Notes under the pieces: model-generated
What the model was told of the DNA's origin: nothing
The model's input: the letters and a program-made list of their open reading frames with translations, nothing else
Databases searched by the model: none
In this document: positions 12,915 to 25,582 of the stretch, piece after piece
Layout: each line of letters begins with the position of its first letter
Numbering within the stretch: the first letter of the stretch is position 1
Translations under genes and position numbers: made by a program
Assembly: GCF_001194135.2 (NCBI RefSeq)
Contig: NC_068983.1
Coordinates: 8,443,791 to 8,487,145, forward strand
Length of the DNA: 43,355 nucleotides
Direction of reading: 5' to 3'
DNA from: Octopus bimaculoides
Lineage: Eukaryota

Positions 12915-13075
12915 TGTGGAGGGTGGGAGAGCGGGGAGCATTGGATTCTGTCGATCTGAGTGGTCAGCTTGTAGGTATTGTCAGCGATCCGGAATAAATT
13001 AATGGCTAAGTCAACCATGGCATAACAGAACACAGAACGTAAGAACGCATGAAATGTTTAGCAACATTGCTTTCC
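12915..13075 (-). mobile_element. Degenerate SINE family C copy
   Basis: GTCGATCTGAGTGGTCAGCTTGTAGGTATTG...GCTAAGTCAACC...CAGAACGTAAG is loosely colinear with 36580-36690. Confidence 0.4.
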
Positions 13076-13989
13076 GCGTACAAAAGATGTTGTCAGCTCG
13101 CTTCCTCAACTGAATCACAAATAATAAATGGCTATAACAATAAATGTTACAATATTTGGGAAGTGAGGAAAGATATATACCCAGCGAGTGATTCTTTCAT
13201 TGACAACTTATTTATTTAGGGACAGTAAAAGAGATCGACGTCTACGGAGGTGCTCAGAGATTTGAGGGATAATACTTATACCGTTAAGTATTTCATTTAA
13301 AACTATTCCGATGGTATTGTTTTGAAATCGAAACAAGGTCAAACGTTTTATAAGGAAGAGATGTATCAATGAACCAAGTATTTGACTGCCGCTTATTATA
13401 TCGAATACTGATAGAATAACCGGAAAGCAATTCTCGGAAGAATTTGAACAAAAGCACATTTAAAAGTACAAGCCTACGCATTTTGTTCATGGAGGATGCA
13501 GGGAAAATATATCAGAAATGCTCAGTTTGCCAACCGTGCAAGGATTCAAGGCAAATTCGACATGTCCCGCTCGCTGGGCTTTGAATACAGAATGCTAAAA
13601 TATATTTAGAACTCTGCACAATGATCTGTGGCTTCTGGTATACACCTCAGTCGACCTAATTTCTAATAACAATATTACGATTCTCACCAAATATAAGATA
13701 AATATTAGCACTGTATCTATATTAGCCGTTAATATCCACATAATTTTACTTAATATGACACTCATTATATCAGTCTGTGCAAGATGTTATAAATATTCCA
13801 GTACGCCCTCAAATTGCTATAAATCTTATAGGTTATGAATAAGATTTTTTGAAGACATCACTTTTTATTGTAAAAATATTTTATATGCCGTGGAATTTTT
13901 AGAATATAATTGATGTATAATTATATATGTGTGGATGCATTATTTATAGGTTGCGTTAATTAGATTTTTTTATGTTTTATGTTAGTGAT

Positions 13990-14078
13990 TGTTTTTTATA
14001 CTCACAAACACACACATATATATATATGCATACATACATACATACATACATACACATATGCACACATATTTATTATTT

Positions 14079-14114
<36 letters not shown>

Positions 14115-14175
14115 GCATACATACATACACATAAACACACATATTTATTACTTGCACACACACATATATACATTG
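13990..14175. repeat. Duplicated compound microsatellite block
   Basis: The unit (CA)n(TA)nTG(CATA)n...CACACATATTTATTA is present twice. Confidence 0.85.
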
Positions 14176-14486
14176 TGTAAAAGTATATTTTTATTGTCAT
14201 TAAGTCATAATTTTTGCGATGTCATTGATTTTTACTGTATGATGTACGTGATGCTTTATCTTATGTTGAGGTACTCACATTTATTGTACTACATTTATTC
14301 CTAATTAATAAAATAATTGATTTGCGTATGTATGGTTGGGCTGGAATCATCTCAGAGATCTTCTGGTCTCTTCTATATTTCTGTTAGAGTACAGGCGTCC
14401 TCGCTATGAAAAAAAAAAAGAAAAAAAGAATACAAATACACACAAATAGCTTCGCGTTAACCAAGAAATAAGTACTGGATTTAAAG

Positions 14487-14627
14487 TTAGGAGTTTGCTT
14501 TCAGCTCTTATGGTTCCGGATTCAGGGTATCTGCGTAACACCTTGGGCAATTCTCTCCTACTGTAACTTCGAGTCGACCAAGGATTTATGAGTGGATTTG
14601 GCAAAGGGAAACTGAAAGAAAACTCTC
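14487..14627 (+). mobile_element. SINE family B, 5' half, followed by (TCTA)n and a gap
   Basis: TGGTTCCGGATTCAG...CACCTTGGGCAA...GTCGACCAAGG...GAGTGGATTTGG...GGAAACTGAAAGAA matches 37400-37515. Confidence 0.75.
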
Positions 14628-14629
14628 AT

Positions 14630-14691
14630 TTATCTATCTATTTTTCTATATATCTATCTATATATCTGTATGTGTGTCTGTCTGTTTGCCC

Positions 14692-14745
<54 letters not shown>

Positions 14746-14768
14746 ATACATCCATGTATATATGTATA
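14630..14768. repeat. (TCTA)n / (TCTG)n microsatellite
   Basis: Direct reading. It runs into the 962-bp gap at 14769-15730. Confidence 0.95.
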
Positions 14769-16724
14769 NNNNNNNNNNNNNNNNNNNNNNNNNNNNNNNN
14801 NNNNNNNNNNNNNNNNNNNNNNNNNNNNNNNNNNNNNNNNNNNNNNNNNNNNNNNNNNNNNNNNNNNNNNNNNNNNNNNNNNNNNNNNNNNNNNNNNNNN
14901 NNNNNNNNNNNNNNNNNNNNNNNNNNNNNNNNNNNNNNNNNNNNNNNNNNNNNNNNNNNNNNNNNNNNNNNNNNNNNNNNNNNNNNNNNNNNNNNNNNNN
15001 NNNNNNNNNNNNNNNNNNNNNNNNNNNNNNNNNNNNNNNNNNNNNNNNNNNNNNNNNNNNNNNNNNNNNNNNNNNNNNNNNNNNNNNNNNNNNNNNNNNN
15101 NNNNNNNNNNNNNNNNNNNNNNNNNNNNNNNNNNNNNNNNNNNNNNNNNNNNNNNNNNNNNNNNNNNNNNNNNNNNNNNNNNNNNNNNNNNNNNNNNNNN
15201 NNNNNNNNNNNNNNNNNNNNNNNNNNNNNNNNNNNNNNNNNNNNNNNNNNNNNNNNNNNNNNNNNNNNNNNNNNNNNNNNNNNNNNNNNNNNNNNNNNNN
15301 NNNNNNNNNNNNNNNNNNNNNNNNNNNNNNNNNNNNNNNNNNNNNNNNNNNNNNNNNNNNNNNNNNNNNNNNNNNNNNNNNNNNNNNNNNNNNNNNNNNN
15401 NNNNNNNNNNNNNNNNNNNNNNNNNNNNNNNNNNNNNNNNNNNNNNNNNNNNNNNNNNNNNNNNNNNNNNNNNNNNNNNNNNNNNNNNNNNNNNNNNNNN
15501 NNNNNNNNNNNNNNNNNNNNNNNNNNNNNNNNNNNNNNNNNNNNNNNNNNNNNNNNNNNNNNNNNNNNNNNNNNNNNNNNNNNNNNNNNNNNNNNNNNNN
15601 NNNNNNNNNNNNNNNNNNNNNNNNNNNNNNNNNNNNNNNNNNNNNNNNNNNNNNNNNNNNNNNNNNNNNNNNNNNNNNNNNNNNNNNNNNNNNNNNNNNN
15701 NNNNNNNNNNNNNNNNNNNNNNNNNNNNNNATATATATATATATATATATATAGATATATATATATATTTGCGTACAGAAGCATACAGATAACGGCAAGA
15801 AACAATACAGAATGACAAGCCATAATATATGATAGGCGTCATTCTTCTCTCGACGCCACTACCGTCGTTTCCTTCGTACTGTGCTGATACTGTATGTATT
15901 ATTGTGGGAGAATTGACACTAAAATCTGATTCAAGGTGTATAATGTACAACGGCTTTGTATTGTCTATTTACTGCTGTCAAATTTGTCACTTTATTTGTC
16001 TGAATAACTGTGATTACATCTGACTTATTCAGGCTGGAAAGAAACTACTATATAGCATAGCCACGAGATATATGGTCAGTCACTCCGCTAGAAATAACAG
16101 TGAAGGAAACCTTACAACATAAGCTAGATTCTTGAATGAAAATAAAACAAATAATTAAATCCGTTGGATAATGTAAGTGAAGATTTTACTGGCTGTTTTC
16201 AAGGTGATTATGGAAGGGACCATTGTGATCTTGAACTTGCTCAATATGTATCAAACGCGGCCTAAACATAACAACAATATTACAGGCAATGTGCTGACAA
16301 ATGATGAGAAGCTAATTAAAAAGTCCCTTGCGTTTAATACATGACATTGTACCCGGCGCCTAACTGAATAGACTATCCTTTACCATAATAATAATTCCGA
16401 AATAGGAACAAATAAAGTTATAGTTGATGAAATCAAGCGTTCTATTCAACTAGTAATTTCCTGTATCTAATCGGAAAGAATAAAGGGCACATCTACCTCT
16501 TGAATATTACGACGAAGCGCAGAAAGAAGCCTACGTGAAAATTGCAAGGTATTCTGTCCAATGCTTTCGAATTTTTGTCATCTACCGCTTTGAGAATACT
16601 ATCAACATTTACTGAAACACAAACAAAGCATAAAACAAAATGTAGAGAAAAAGTCACGTACAGATCATTATATTGATTACGGATTTGTCTAGAGATTATT
16701 TTATGGATCGTTAAATGCGCAATC

Positions 16725-16886
16725 GTGGCTGTGTTATTTCGTCCTTTTCATCCTTTCGCAGCCGATGAAATACGTAGCAGTTGAACGCTTGGGTCGATTT
16801 AATTGACTTATCCCAACCACGAAACTGGTAATCGACCTACCCCCTCTCCCGAACTTGTTGTCCATGTACCAAAATTTGAAACCAAT
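16725..16886 (+). mobile_element. SINE family C body and tail
   Basis: CCTTTTCATCCTTTCGCAGCCGATGAAATACGTAGCAG...GGGTCGATTTAATTGACT...CAAAATTTGAAACCAAT is reverse-complement homologous to 36533-36650. Confidence 0.7.
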
Positions 16887-19470
16887 ACCTGGTGCTTCCG
16901 TTACTGTATGATAGTAACTGTACTATACTATCTTAGTTATCTGCATTGCCCTCTTCATTCTATGAATATATTCGTATGGTCGTTCCCTACAAAGGTCCAT
17001 CATTGTAAACTACATTTAGATGGTATCTTTATAAGTTTTCACTTATATTCCAGCTGCTTAAATTAGATTGGAACGAAGCCAAAAATATTGATTTCAATTC
17101 TAGTTTGGCATTCCGTTACATTTTGATCTATTTTCAGTCTTCTTAAAATTCCACTATCGAAAACTACTTCAACAATGCTGAAGTAGATATTACTTGAATG
17201 TTAGTATGAGACTGATTATTGCAGTCCTACGGCCTAGTGTACCTGTAATGAAATAAAATTATATTAATTTTCCATAACCTATAGGTAATGTTGGAGCATC
17301 ACTGAAGTAAACTTCATTTACTCGAACTAATGAGGAGACATCTATCAGTCTCACGACCTGTTAGATTTGGCAGTAAGAGCTCCAACACCGTTGAAACGGA
17401 GAAGGATACATTGGAAATTGTAGTCGTATATACTCATAAAGAATAGCATGATTAAGATTGGAATATCTTCAACTAGTACATCAAAGAAAACTATTGGACA
17501 TATAGAAAAACCGAAGAGCGCATCAACATTGTAGTCATGCACTTGACATTTCTTTTGATTTCTTTCGTCATTAACAAACGTATGTCTAAACTGACCTCTA
17601 CGGATACAGTATCAACTTTTTATATTACTACGTGGTTTACTTTATTAATGTAAGCAGTGGTTGTACAATATATTGCTAATACCTCGTCTGCTTACTGCGT
17701 TCAAATGTTATCAATGGAAAGAAAGGAGAGTGGCTGCATTTGAGGATTCCCCGAGTCTCCTTTTTATGCTTAAAACAGATGAGGACTAATGCAGTGTCTT
17801 CAAATTTTTGATACCAAGGCGAAAGAATCTCGCGCCTGAATTTCATTGTACTAGAAGCAATGTAATCAGAAGGCAGTCGTTGTGTGCTTCACTAGTCTTA
17901 ACGCCACTAAACCAAAGAATAGCTCCTCAATTAAATAGAATCTAACCTACCTATTTACAATGAGATCATGAACTGAATATTGCACCTTATGTCGATATTG
18001 TTATTGCAGTAGAGTCCAACAAAACATACCTGTCAAGAACTTCATTCAAACTCTGAGAGTCCAGATTGTGTTTCAGATATTACGTAACATGTTACATTTC
18101 GTATAATGTCTTCATTTCAACAGAATAGACTCTGATTTGATGAGGGTTTTTTTTGTCCACATTGGGCAACTTCCAACGAGAAGTCACATCACTGGCTTCT
18201 TGAAAGTTCAATCATTTTAAAATTGTTTGATTAAAATTAACTAAAACACTCTTCACAATTTATGTATCGCTGAAATGCAGCGAATATGGGTTACATGTTT
18301 TTGTAGGATATTTATCTGATGATCTTACTTCACTACTCCTACACATCTCTATATCCATATATTTTCCACATTTTACTTAAGAATAAATACGTAAATTGGG
18401 ATGTTGTGTGCTTAGATATGCAGGCACATGCAAAATGTATTAACATTTAAAATGAATTTAAGCAAAGAATTGACACTAAATCACTTGTCATCTAAAGAAG
18501 GAAATAAAGCTCTCAGTTGCTAGTAATGTTTTCAGATGCATGAACTAGGAAAGGAAATTAGATTATTTAAATTTCTGAATCTTGCGAAAGCTTGAGCTAC
18601 GCAAATGAAATTAGGAAAGGAACAACTTGCCAAATTTATGTGATATATGCTGTTAAGATGCATTAAATTTTTCTTTAAGCTGTGTTACATAAAAGGGAGC
18701 AGCTATTTTAGTATTGAGTAGATAACATGGTTCAATATGCTTTCTCATTCATTCGTCTCCTTTACATTTCTAAGTCTTTTCTATTAAAACTTCTGAAATT
18801 AGTATACACAAATATTAATTGTTTAGTACATATTTAGAGGCAATCGCAAAGTAATAAGAAATCTGTCTGAAATAACAACCATAAAGCTGTTATCTCATAC
18901 GATTTTAAATGCAAGAGCTGAATCATTCTAAAAATTAAAAAAAAGACGAAAGAATACTGACGGTATTGTTACGGCTGGAATACTGTAGCTCAGATAACTG
19001 CTAGTTGAGGATTTATATGGGAGTAGGCGGCAAAAAAGCAGAACAAATGCAACACCATAGCACCAAGAATTCCTAAAGTGAGGTGAAGGATCAACCAAGA
19101 ATATCAATCAACTTAACTGCCAGCTCAATCGCAATTCCCAAATGAAGCTATTCCAGTTTACTTGCATCTCCTGAGTAAAGACGAAAACTTCTTTAAAGAA
19201 GACTGGATCATTAAAGTTGACCTGTGTGTCGTATTCAGGGTGGTAATTGGATAACTTAGACGAGAAGAACTTAACAATCTTCATCGTATTGATATAGAAC
19301 AAGAGCACATTTGATTCAACTAGTATGTTGATTTTGCTTTTTCATGAATTTCCGCAATAGAAATGTGGCCGTACTGGAGCAAGTCTTTCTGTAGTATAGT
19401 CGACCATATATTAGAACTCTTATTTTATGTATCTCTATTTATCGAATCGGTAACTACCTGAAATAAAGGG

Positions 19471-19519
19471 ACACACACACGCACGCAAGCACACACGGAG
19501 GCACGAACGCATGCACGCG

Positions 19520-19575
<56 letters not shown>

Positions 19576-19577
19576 CA
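19471..19577. repeat. (CA)n tract with an embedded (CG)6 run (19516-19527)
   Basis: Direct reading; alternating purine-pyrimidine tract. Confidence 0.95.
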
Positions 19578-19625
19578 AATAAAAGAGAAAGTATGAACGT
19601 AGAAATATATGTATTTATGCATATA

Positions 19626-21241
19626 CGAGGTTGGACAAAATAATCGATACACATTAAAATTTTAAACAAATTTATTTTAATATGGAGTAGGAACATCTTT
19701 AGCAGTAATTACAGCTTGAATTCTACGATATATGAACTCGTACAACACTTAAATTGTTTCCAAAAGAATTTTTGTCCATTCTTCAGCTAAAACAGATACC
19801 AGTTCTTGTAGTGATGATGGTGGAGGATACCGACTCTAAAATGCACCATAAATGTTTAATAATATTAAGATCTGGGGACTGCGGTGGCCAGATAAGACGT
19901 TCAGCTTCACTAGAATGTCCCTCGTGCCATTCAGTAACAACCTTAGCTGTCTGAATTGGTGCATTATCATCCTGAAAATAACGGAAACATCTAGCATCAT
20001 AGCATCATCATTTTATAATATCTATAAAACCGTCAAAAACTTGTCTATTTTTATATCTTTTGATTTATTATTAGTATTGGTTAATATGTTTTGCTAAAAT
20101 TGCTATTTGTTTTCAGATATCCTCACGAAAAAGTAATTAAAATTCATTAAAATGACAGATCCATCGGACTTTCAAAGAGGTCAAATTGTTTGTGCTCGGA
20201 TGGCAGTTACTGGCGTAACGAAAACAGCCGAACTGTTTGTTGTATCAAGAAGTCCTGTCTCAAAAGCAATGACAGCATTTGAGAAAGAGGGAAAAAACCT
20301 CCTCCTTGAAACAAACTCCGGAAGAAATCCAAAGCTTTCACATAGGGACCGTCGGACTCTTACGCGAATTGTTAGAAAGGATCACTAAAGGACAACTCCC
20401 AAAATTACTGCGGAGTTTAATGACCACCTCGAGAACCCAGTTTCCACAAAAAATGTTTGCCGGGAACTAAACAAAGCCGGATTTCACGGGAGGACTGCAT
20501 TCAGAAGACCACTACTTTCAAAACTAAATGTTGCAAAGCGTTTGGAGTGGAGTAAAAAAAACCTACAGAGTCGGACCCTTGAGCAGTGGAAGAATGCTAT
20601 TTTCTAGGACAAGTCAACCTTTACCTTATTTCCGACCACAGGCCGAGTATACATGTTGAGACAGCCAAAAGAAGCATGTGACCCAGACTGCCTTCTTCCA
20701 AGTGTTAATCATGGAAGAAGATCTGTTATGATCCGAGGGCGGAGCTATATCTTGGAAATCCGGCGGCACTATGGCTTCCTTTCATGGCAGAATTAATAAT
20801 CAAGACTATTTATGCATTTCATCTGGTCAAATTCATCCTATGGTAGCGGAACTGTTTCCGGAGGAAAAACGCAATATTTCAGGATGATAATGTACCAATT
20901 CACACAGCTAAAGTTGTTACGGAAAGGCACGAGGAACATTCTAGTGAAGTTGAACATCTTATCTGGCTACCACAGTCCCAGATCTCAATATTATTGAACG
21001 TTTATGGTGCATTTTAGAAAACAATTAAGGAGTCGATATCCTCCATCATGATCACTACAAGAACTGGAGACTGTTTTAGCTGAAGAATAAACAAAAATTC
21101 TTTTGGAAACAATCCAGGCTTTGTACGAGTCCATGCCTCGTAGAATTCAAGCTGTAATTAATGCCAAATGCGTTCCTACCCCTTATTAAAATTAATTTGT
21201 TTGAAATTTTAAGGTGTTTCTATTATTTTGTCCAACCCCTG
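19626..21241 (+). mobile_element. Full-length Tc1-like DNA transposon (1616 bp), TA target duplication, long inverted ends
   Basis: TA at 19624-25 and 21242-43. The left end reads CGAGGTTGGACAAAATAATCGATACAC and the right end (reverse complement) reads CAGGGGTTGGACAAAATAATAGAAACAC. A transposase remnant lies inside. Confidence 0.95.
20152..21189 (+). pseudogene. Tc1-family transposase pseudogene, DD36E spacing
   Basis: MTDPSDFQRGQIVCARM...NSGRNPKL (paired-like HTH region), IF*DKSTF (WSDE-like, first D at 20608), FQDDNVPIHT, QS(P)DLNIIE and a C-terminal ...VPTPY*. Several stops and frameshifts. Confidence 0.95.
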
Positions 21242-21242
21242 T

Positions 21243-21354
21243 ACATACGTACATACATTCGTACACACATACACACACGCGCTAGCGCACACGCACTAGC
21301 GCACACGCACACACACACGCGCGAGCGCACACGCACACACACATGCACGAGCGC

Positions 21355-21403
<49 letters not shown>

Positions 21404-21410
21404 GATACAT
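21243..21410. repeat. (CATA)/(CA)/(CG) compound microsatellite
   Basis: Direct reading; forms the right flank of the Tc1 element. Confidence 0.95.
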
Positions 21411-21759
21411 AGGATTCTGTATTTGATATTTCTTTAAAATATCTCAAATATATTTCTTTTAACCAATAAGACAAATAGTTACAGCTGACTAATTAAGATA
21501 TTGGCATTTTTGCCTGACGAGACAAAAATATATTGAAAGATAAATCAATCAACTGTCAGGTAACTGTTTGTGACCAAGGATATTCATTTCCTGTAAGTGA
21601 CAGTGTACTGTGTCCACGGATCTTAATATTTATTGCTCACTTGACTGGAAATTCGAGTTTGTTAATTTCAAATCAACCGTAACCAAGCTGTCATGTGATA
21701 TAAAGATATTCCGGACACGGTGCTCCTGTGTTTTATCAGATGTGGCATACCTATGATTT

Positions 21760-22080
21760 GCCACTTTGGCAGTTATGACGACGCGGGTTTTTGTTGTTCC
21801 GATCAAAGTAACAGCCTTATCATTAAACGAAAGTGTAAGTGGTTGAGCACTTCACAGATACGGGTGCTGTTAACTTAGTTCTCCAGGCGATTCAGCGTGA
21901 CAAAGGATGCGACAAGGTTGGTCCTTTGAAATACAGGCATTACTTATTCTTGCTAGTTGAGTAGACTGAAGCAACAAGAATTAAAATGTCGTGCTCAAGG
22001 ACACAGCGCCCTGCCGGTAATCGAACACGCGACCTTACGATCGCAAAACGAATATCCTGAACACTACGCCACGCGTCTTC
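21760..22080 (-). mobile_element. tRNA-derived SINE with family-A-like head and a different tail
   Basis: The reverse complement reads GAAGACGCGTGGCGTAGTG (A box)...GTGTTCGATTACC (B box)...GCTGTGTCCTTGAGCACGACATTT...GCTTCAGTCTACTCAACTAGC. Confidence 0.75.
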
Positions 22081-22264
22081 TTATCATGTGTCATTATATT
22101 AAATATATACCTGAGTGATTTGGCGGCTACTTTTTGTAGTTCAGTTGATCGCACTACGGTTCCATTGCGTAACCGAATTCTGCTGCTGATAGCCGGCAAT
22201 CGTGAGTGTCTTTAGAATTATTTAACCGTTTCTCAGCAGGCGGTATGCTAAAGTTACTAGTGTA

Positions 22265-22833
22265 CGAGGGTGAGTCAAAAATAATGCCATTTTGTTTAGG
22301 ACAGGTATAATTATTAACAAAGGAACATTTATCATACATCAAAATGAAGCTGGTCCGCTGTGGATCACATCCCTACTTCTCAACATAGTCACCGTTTCTC
22401 TCAATAGCAATGTTCTACCTTCGAATGAGAGCATGTATCCCTGCTCCGTAAAATTTTGTTGACTGTTCTTTGAGCCAATTCTTCACTACAGTTTTTCACT
22501 TCCTCGTTACTGGAATAATGTTTGCCTCTCAAACCCTCTTTCATGGGGCCGACGAGATAATAGTCTGAAGGCGTTAAATTATTCCAGTGACAAGGAAGTG
22601 AAAACTGTTGTGAAGAAGTGGCTCAAAGAACAGTCAACAGAATTTTACGGAGCAGGGATACATGTTCTCATTCGAAGGTGGTACATTGCTATTGAGAGAA
22701 ACAGTTTACTATTTTGAGAAGTAGGGATGTGATCCACAGAGGACCAGCTTCATTTTGATGTATTATACATGTTCCTGTGTTGGTAATTATACTTGTCCTA
22801 AACAAAATGGCATTACTTTTTGACTCAACCTCT
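22265..22833. mobile_element. Mariner-derived fold-back element (~570 bp) with ~255-bp inverted arms
   Basis: It starts TA|CGAGGGTGAGTCAAAA and ends TTTTTGACTCAACCTC. Arms 22265-22520 and 22579-22833 are inverted repeats. The minus strand of the left part translates as PSDYYLVGPMKEGLRGKHYSSNEEVKTV...GIHALIRR*NIAIERNGDYVEK*, the mariner transposase C-terminus (one 1-nt insertion). Confidence 0.93.
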
Positions 22834-23776
22834 AACACAAAAGTTGCTTGGATGAGTGTCACTAAATGGCATGGTTTCTTTTAGGATATTCTCCGTTGTC
22901 TTTGGTGTTGACAAGATCCTACCACTTCGGTTTTGTGACAAGCATACTAAGAAAAGACATGTAACTACTCTGCGCGTTACATATCTGCAGACTTCATAAA
23001 TATAGCAAATTTATACGATTGTTGTCTTGGTCTAAAATACCAGGTTCAACTTTTTAATATGATCATGGGAGTTACAGTGTTTTTAATGTCTATGCTCGCG
23101 CATCTTGGCAAATCAGTATCTCAAAATTTCTGTCCTAAGAACATTTTTGGTAAGAAGACTGATGAGTTCTGTGTTGTATTTTCGTATCAGTGTTTCATTC
23201 TGTAGGTGCAGATTTATGATTAAAAACGTTTCGTGTAAGGGGTCCATCAATGGACGTGTCTGTTACGTTATCATTCTTACCTGCATTAAGTAAAGTAAGA
23301 TGTAATTGAAAAAGATGTTGCTGCTATTTCTTCAAGTTAGAATAGCCATTTAAAAGTCCTTCATCGATTGGTATATGTTGTGCCATTAAATAAAACATTG
23401 AATATCTTCCAACAAATTGTATTAGTAATAAAATAGTAAAATGAAGGTGGGATAGATAGTGATTGATAGATATAGAGATAAATAAATGCATATANNNNNN
23501 NNNNNNNNNNNNNNNNNNNNNNNNNNNNNNNNNNNNNNNNNNNNNNNNNNNNNNNNNNNNNNNNNNNNNNNNNNNNNNNNNNNNNNNNNNNNNNNNNNNN
23601 NNNNNNNNNNNNNNNNNNNNNNNNNNNNNNNNNNNNNNNNNNNNNNNNNNNNNNNNNNNNNNNNNNNNNNNNNNNNNNNNNNNNNNNNNNNNNNNNNNNN
23701 NNNNNNNNNNNNNNNNNNNNNNNNNNNNNNNNNNNNNNNNNNNNNNNNNNNNNNNNNNNNNNNNNNNNNNNNNNNN

Positions 23777-23824
<48 letters not shown>

Positions 23825-24419
23825 GAGAGAGTGTAGAGAGAGAGAAAGAGAGGGGGAAAGAAAGAGTAAATATAGAGTGAACGAAGGCAAGGAAATCATT
23901 TGGAGTTAGAACATGAAATTGATTAGATGGTCGGAACGCAATTTGATATTTTCCTGTGCATAGATCAAATGATTTCACATAAATAAACACAAGTGTGGCA
24001 TAACAAGTGTATTTGATTAAATGCATTATTTTATTCCATTATATATTATTACAAAATCTTACATAAATATCGAACGGGATAGTATCGTAATAGTATGTGC
24101 AATGGTTTCAAACATGAATCAAAACTAGTTTGTGGATTGCTCTCACTGGGAGGTTACGCTTTGGTCTACGGCGCACGCAACTCTACTTTATTTTAGCTCA
24201 TAATATGAAATGGCTTATACGGATGTGTTAACGGTAAGAGCGTCGAGTAAACTAATAGGAATTATATTTGCCATGATGCATATTTTGCATTTATTAGATT
24301 TCAATAATAATTGTAGCGAGTTTCAAAATGGGATTTCTGCATTAATGTTTCTAACAATAAGAGCTGAACACTAAAAAATGGCTTCTGAACATAATAGAGT
24401 AAAGCCTCACATACGTAAC

Positions 24420-24782
<363 letters not shown>

Positions 24783-25079
24783 ATGGGCGCGTCAATGTAT
24801 CTGGATTTATGTTTAATTCTCCCTGTAGAAGTTTCGTCATGATTTAAATACAGCTTGTATACAATTCATTGTATTTCAAGATTACTTAAACTGATAAAAT
24901 ATTAACAATTTCCCTGCTGTTCGGATGTCAGATGTTTATTGCTTAAATGTCTTAGATAAACATGTATGCACAGCTGTGAAGACTGTTTTAAATTGTATAA
25001 ATCTACAATATATAGCTCATAGCCCTTTAATTTACTGCTCTTATATTTTACATGTGTCGTATTGCAATAATGATTAACC

Positions 25080-25190
25080 TGTTGACTCGCTGAGAGGATT
25101 TGTGCAGACTAAAAGGGCGCAGTTTTCTTAAGAGCACAGCACATCATCTGATCTGGGATCGAAACCAGGAACTTGCATGTGACATCCTAA
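25080..25190 (-). mobile_element. Degenerate family-A SINE head
   Basis: AGTTTTCTTAAGAGCACAGCAC...GGGATCGAAACC resembles the reverse complement of 4095-4145. Confidence 0.45.
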
Positions 25191-25543
25191 GATTTAGGAT
25201 ATATATCTTCACCCGTTATTATCATATTGTCGTTATGTTGCCGGTATACAGCAATAGTGGATGAGCAGCTGTTGCTCTCTTACCTGTTTTAGCCATTCCA
25301 ATGTGGTCATGCTGGAGTACTACGTAGAAGATATTTTTTCAGTGGTTGCTTAATCTTTTATTTCGATCTCAGTAGTCATTTTAAGTTTATTGCCGATTTA
25401 ATTAAATCTGCTTCTCACAGCGCTACGTGACGAGGAATATACACAGCCATACTGCTTTTCTTTTCAAAAGTTTTCAGATAAAATGACACGCATACATACA
25501 AATACGCACGCGCGCGCCCTCAGACACACAGACCACATGCACG

Positions 25544-25582
<39 letters not shown>

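Noticed and set aside
12881-12916. 14-bp hairpin CAAGTAATTCTTTC/GAAGGAATTACTTG
   Set aside because: Too short for a pre-miRNA and AT-rich; plausible by chance or as part of the adjacent decayed repeat.
19050-19250. 5S rRNA-like fragments on the minus strand (TTCAGGGTGGTA)
   Set aside because: Only a 12-nt match; spacing to the other putative match is wrong and the intervening sequence does not align.
21505-21570. Hammerhead-like CTGACGA...GAAA
   Set aside because: Stems I, II and III cannot be formed around a valid cleavage triplet.
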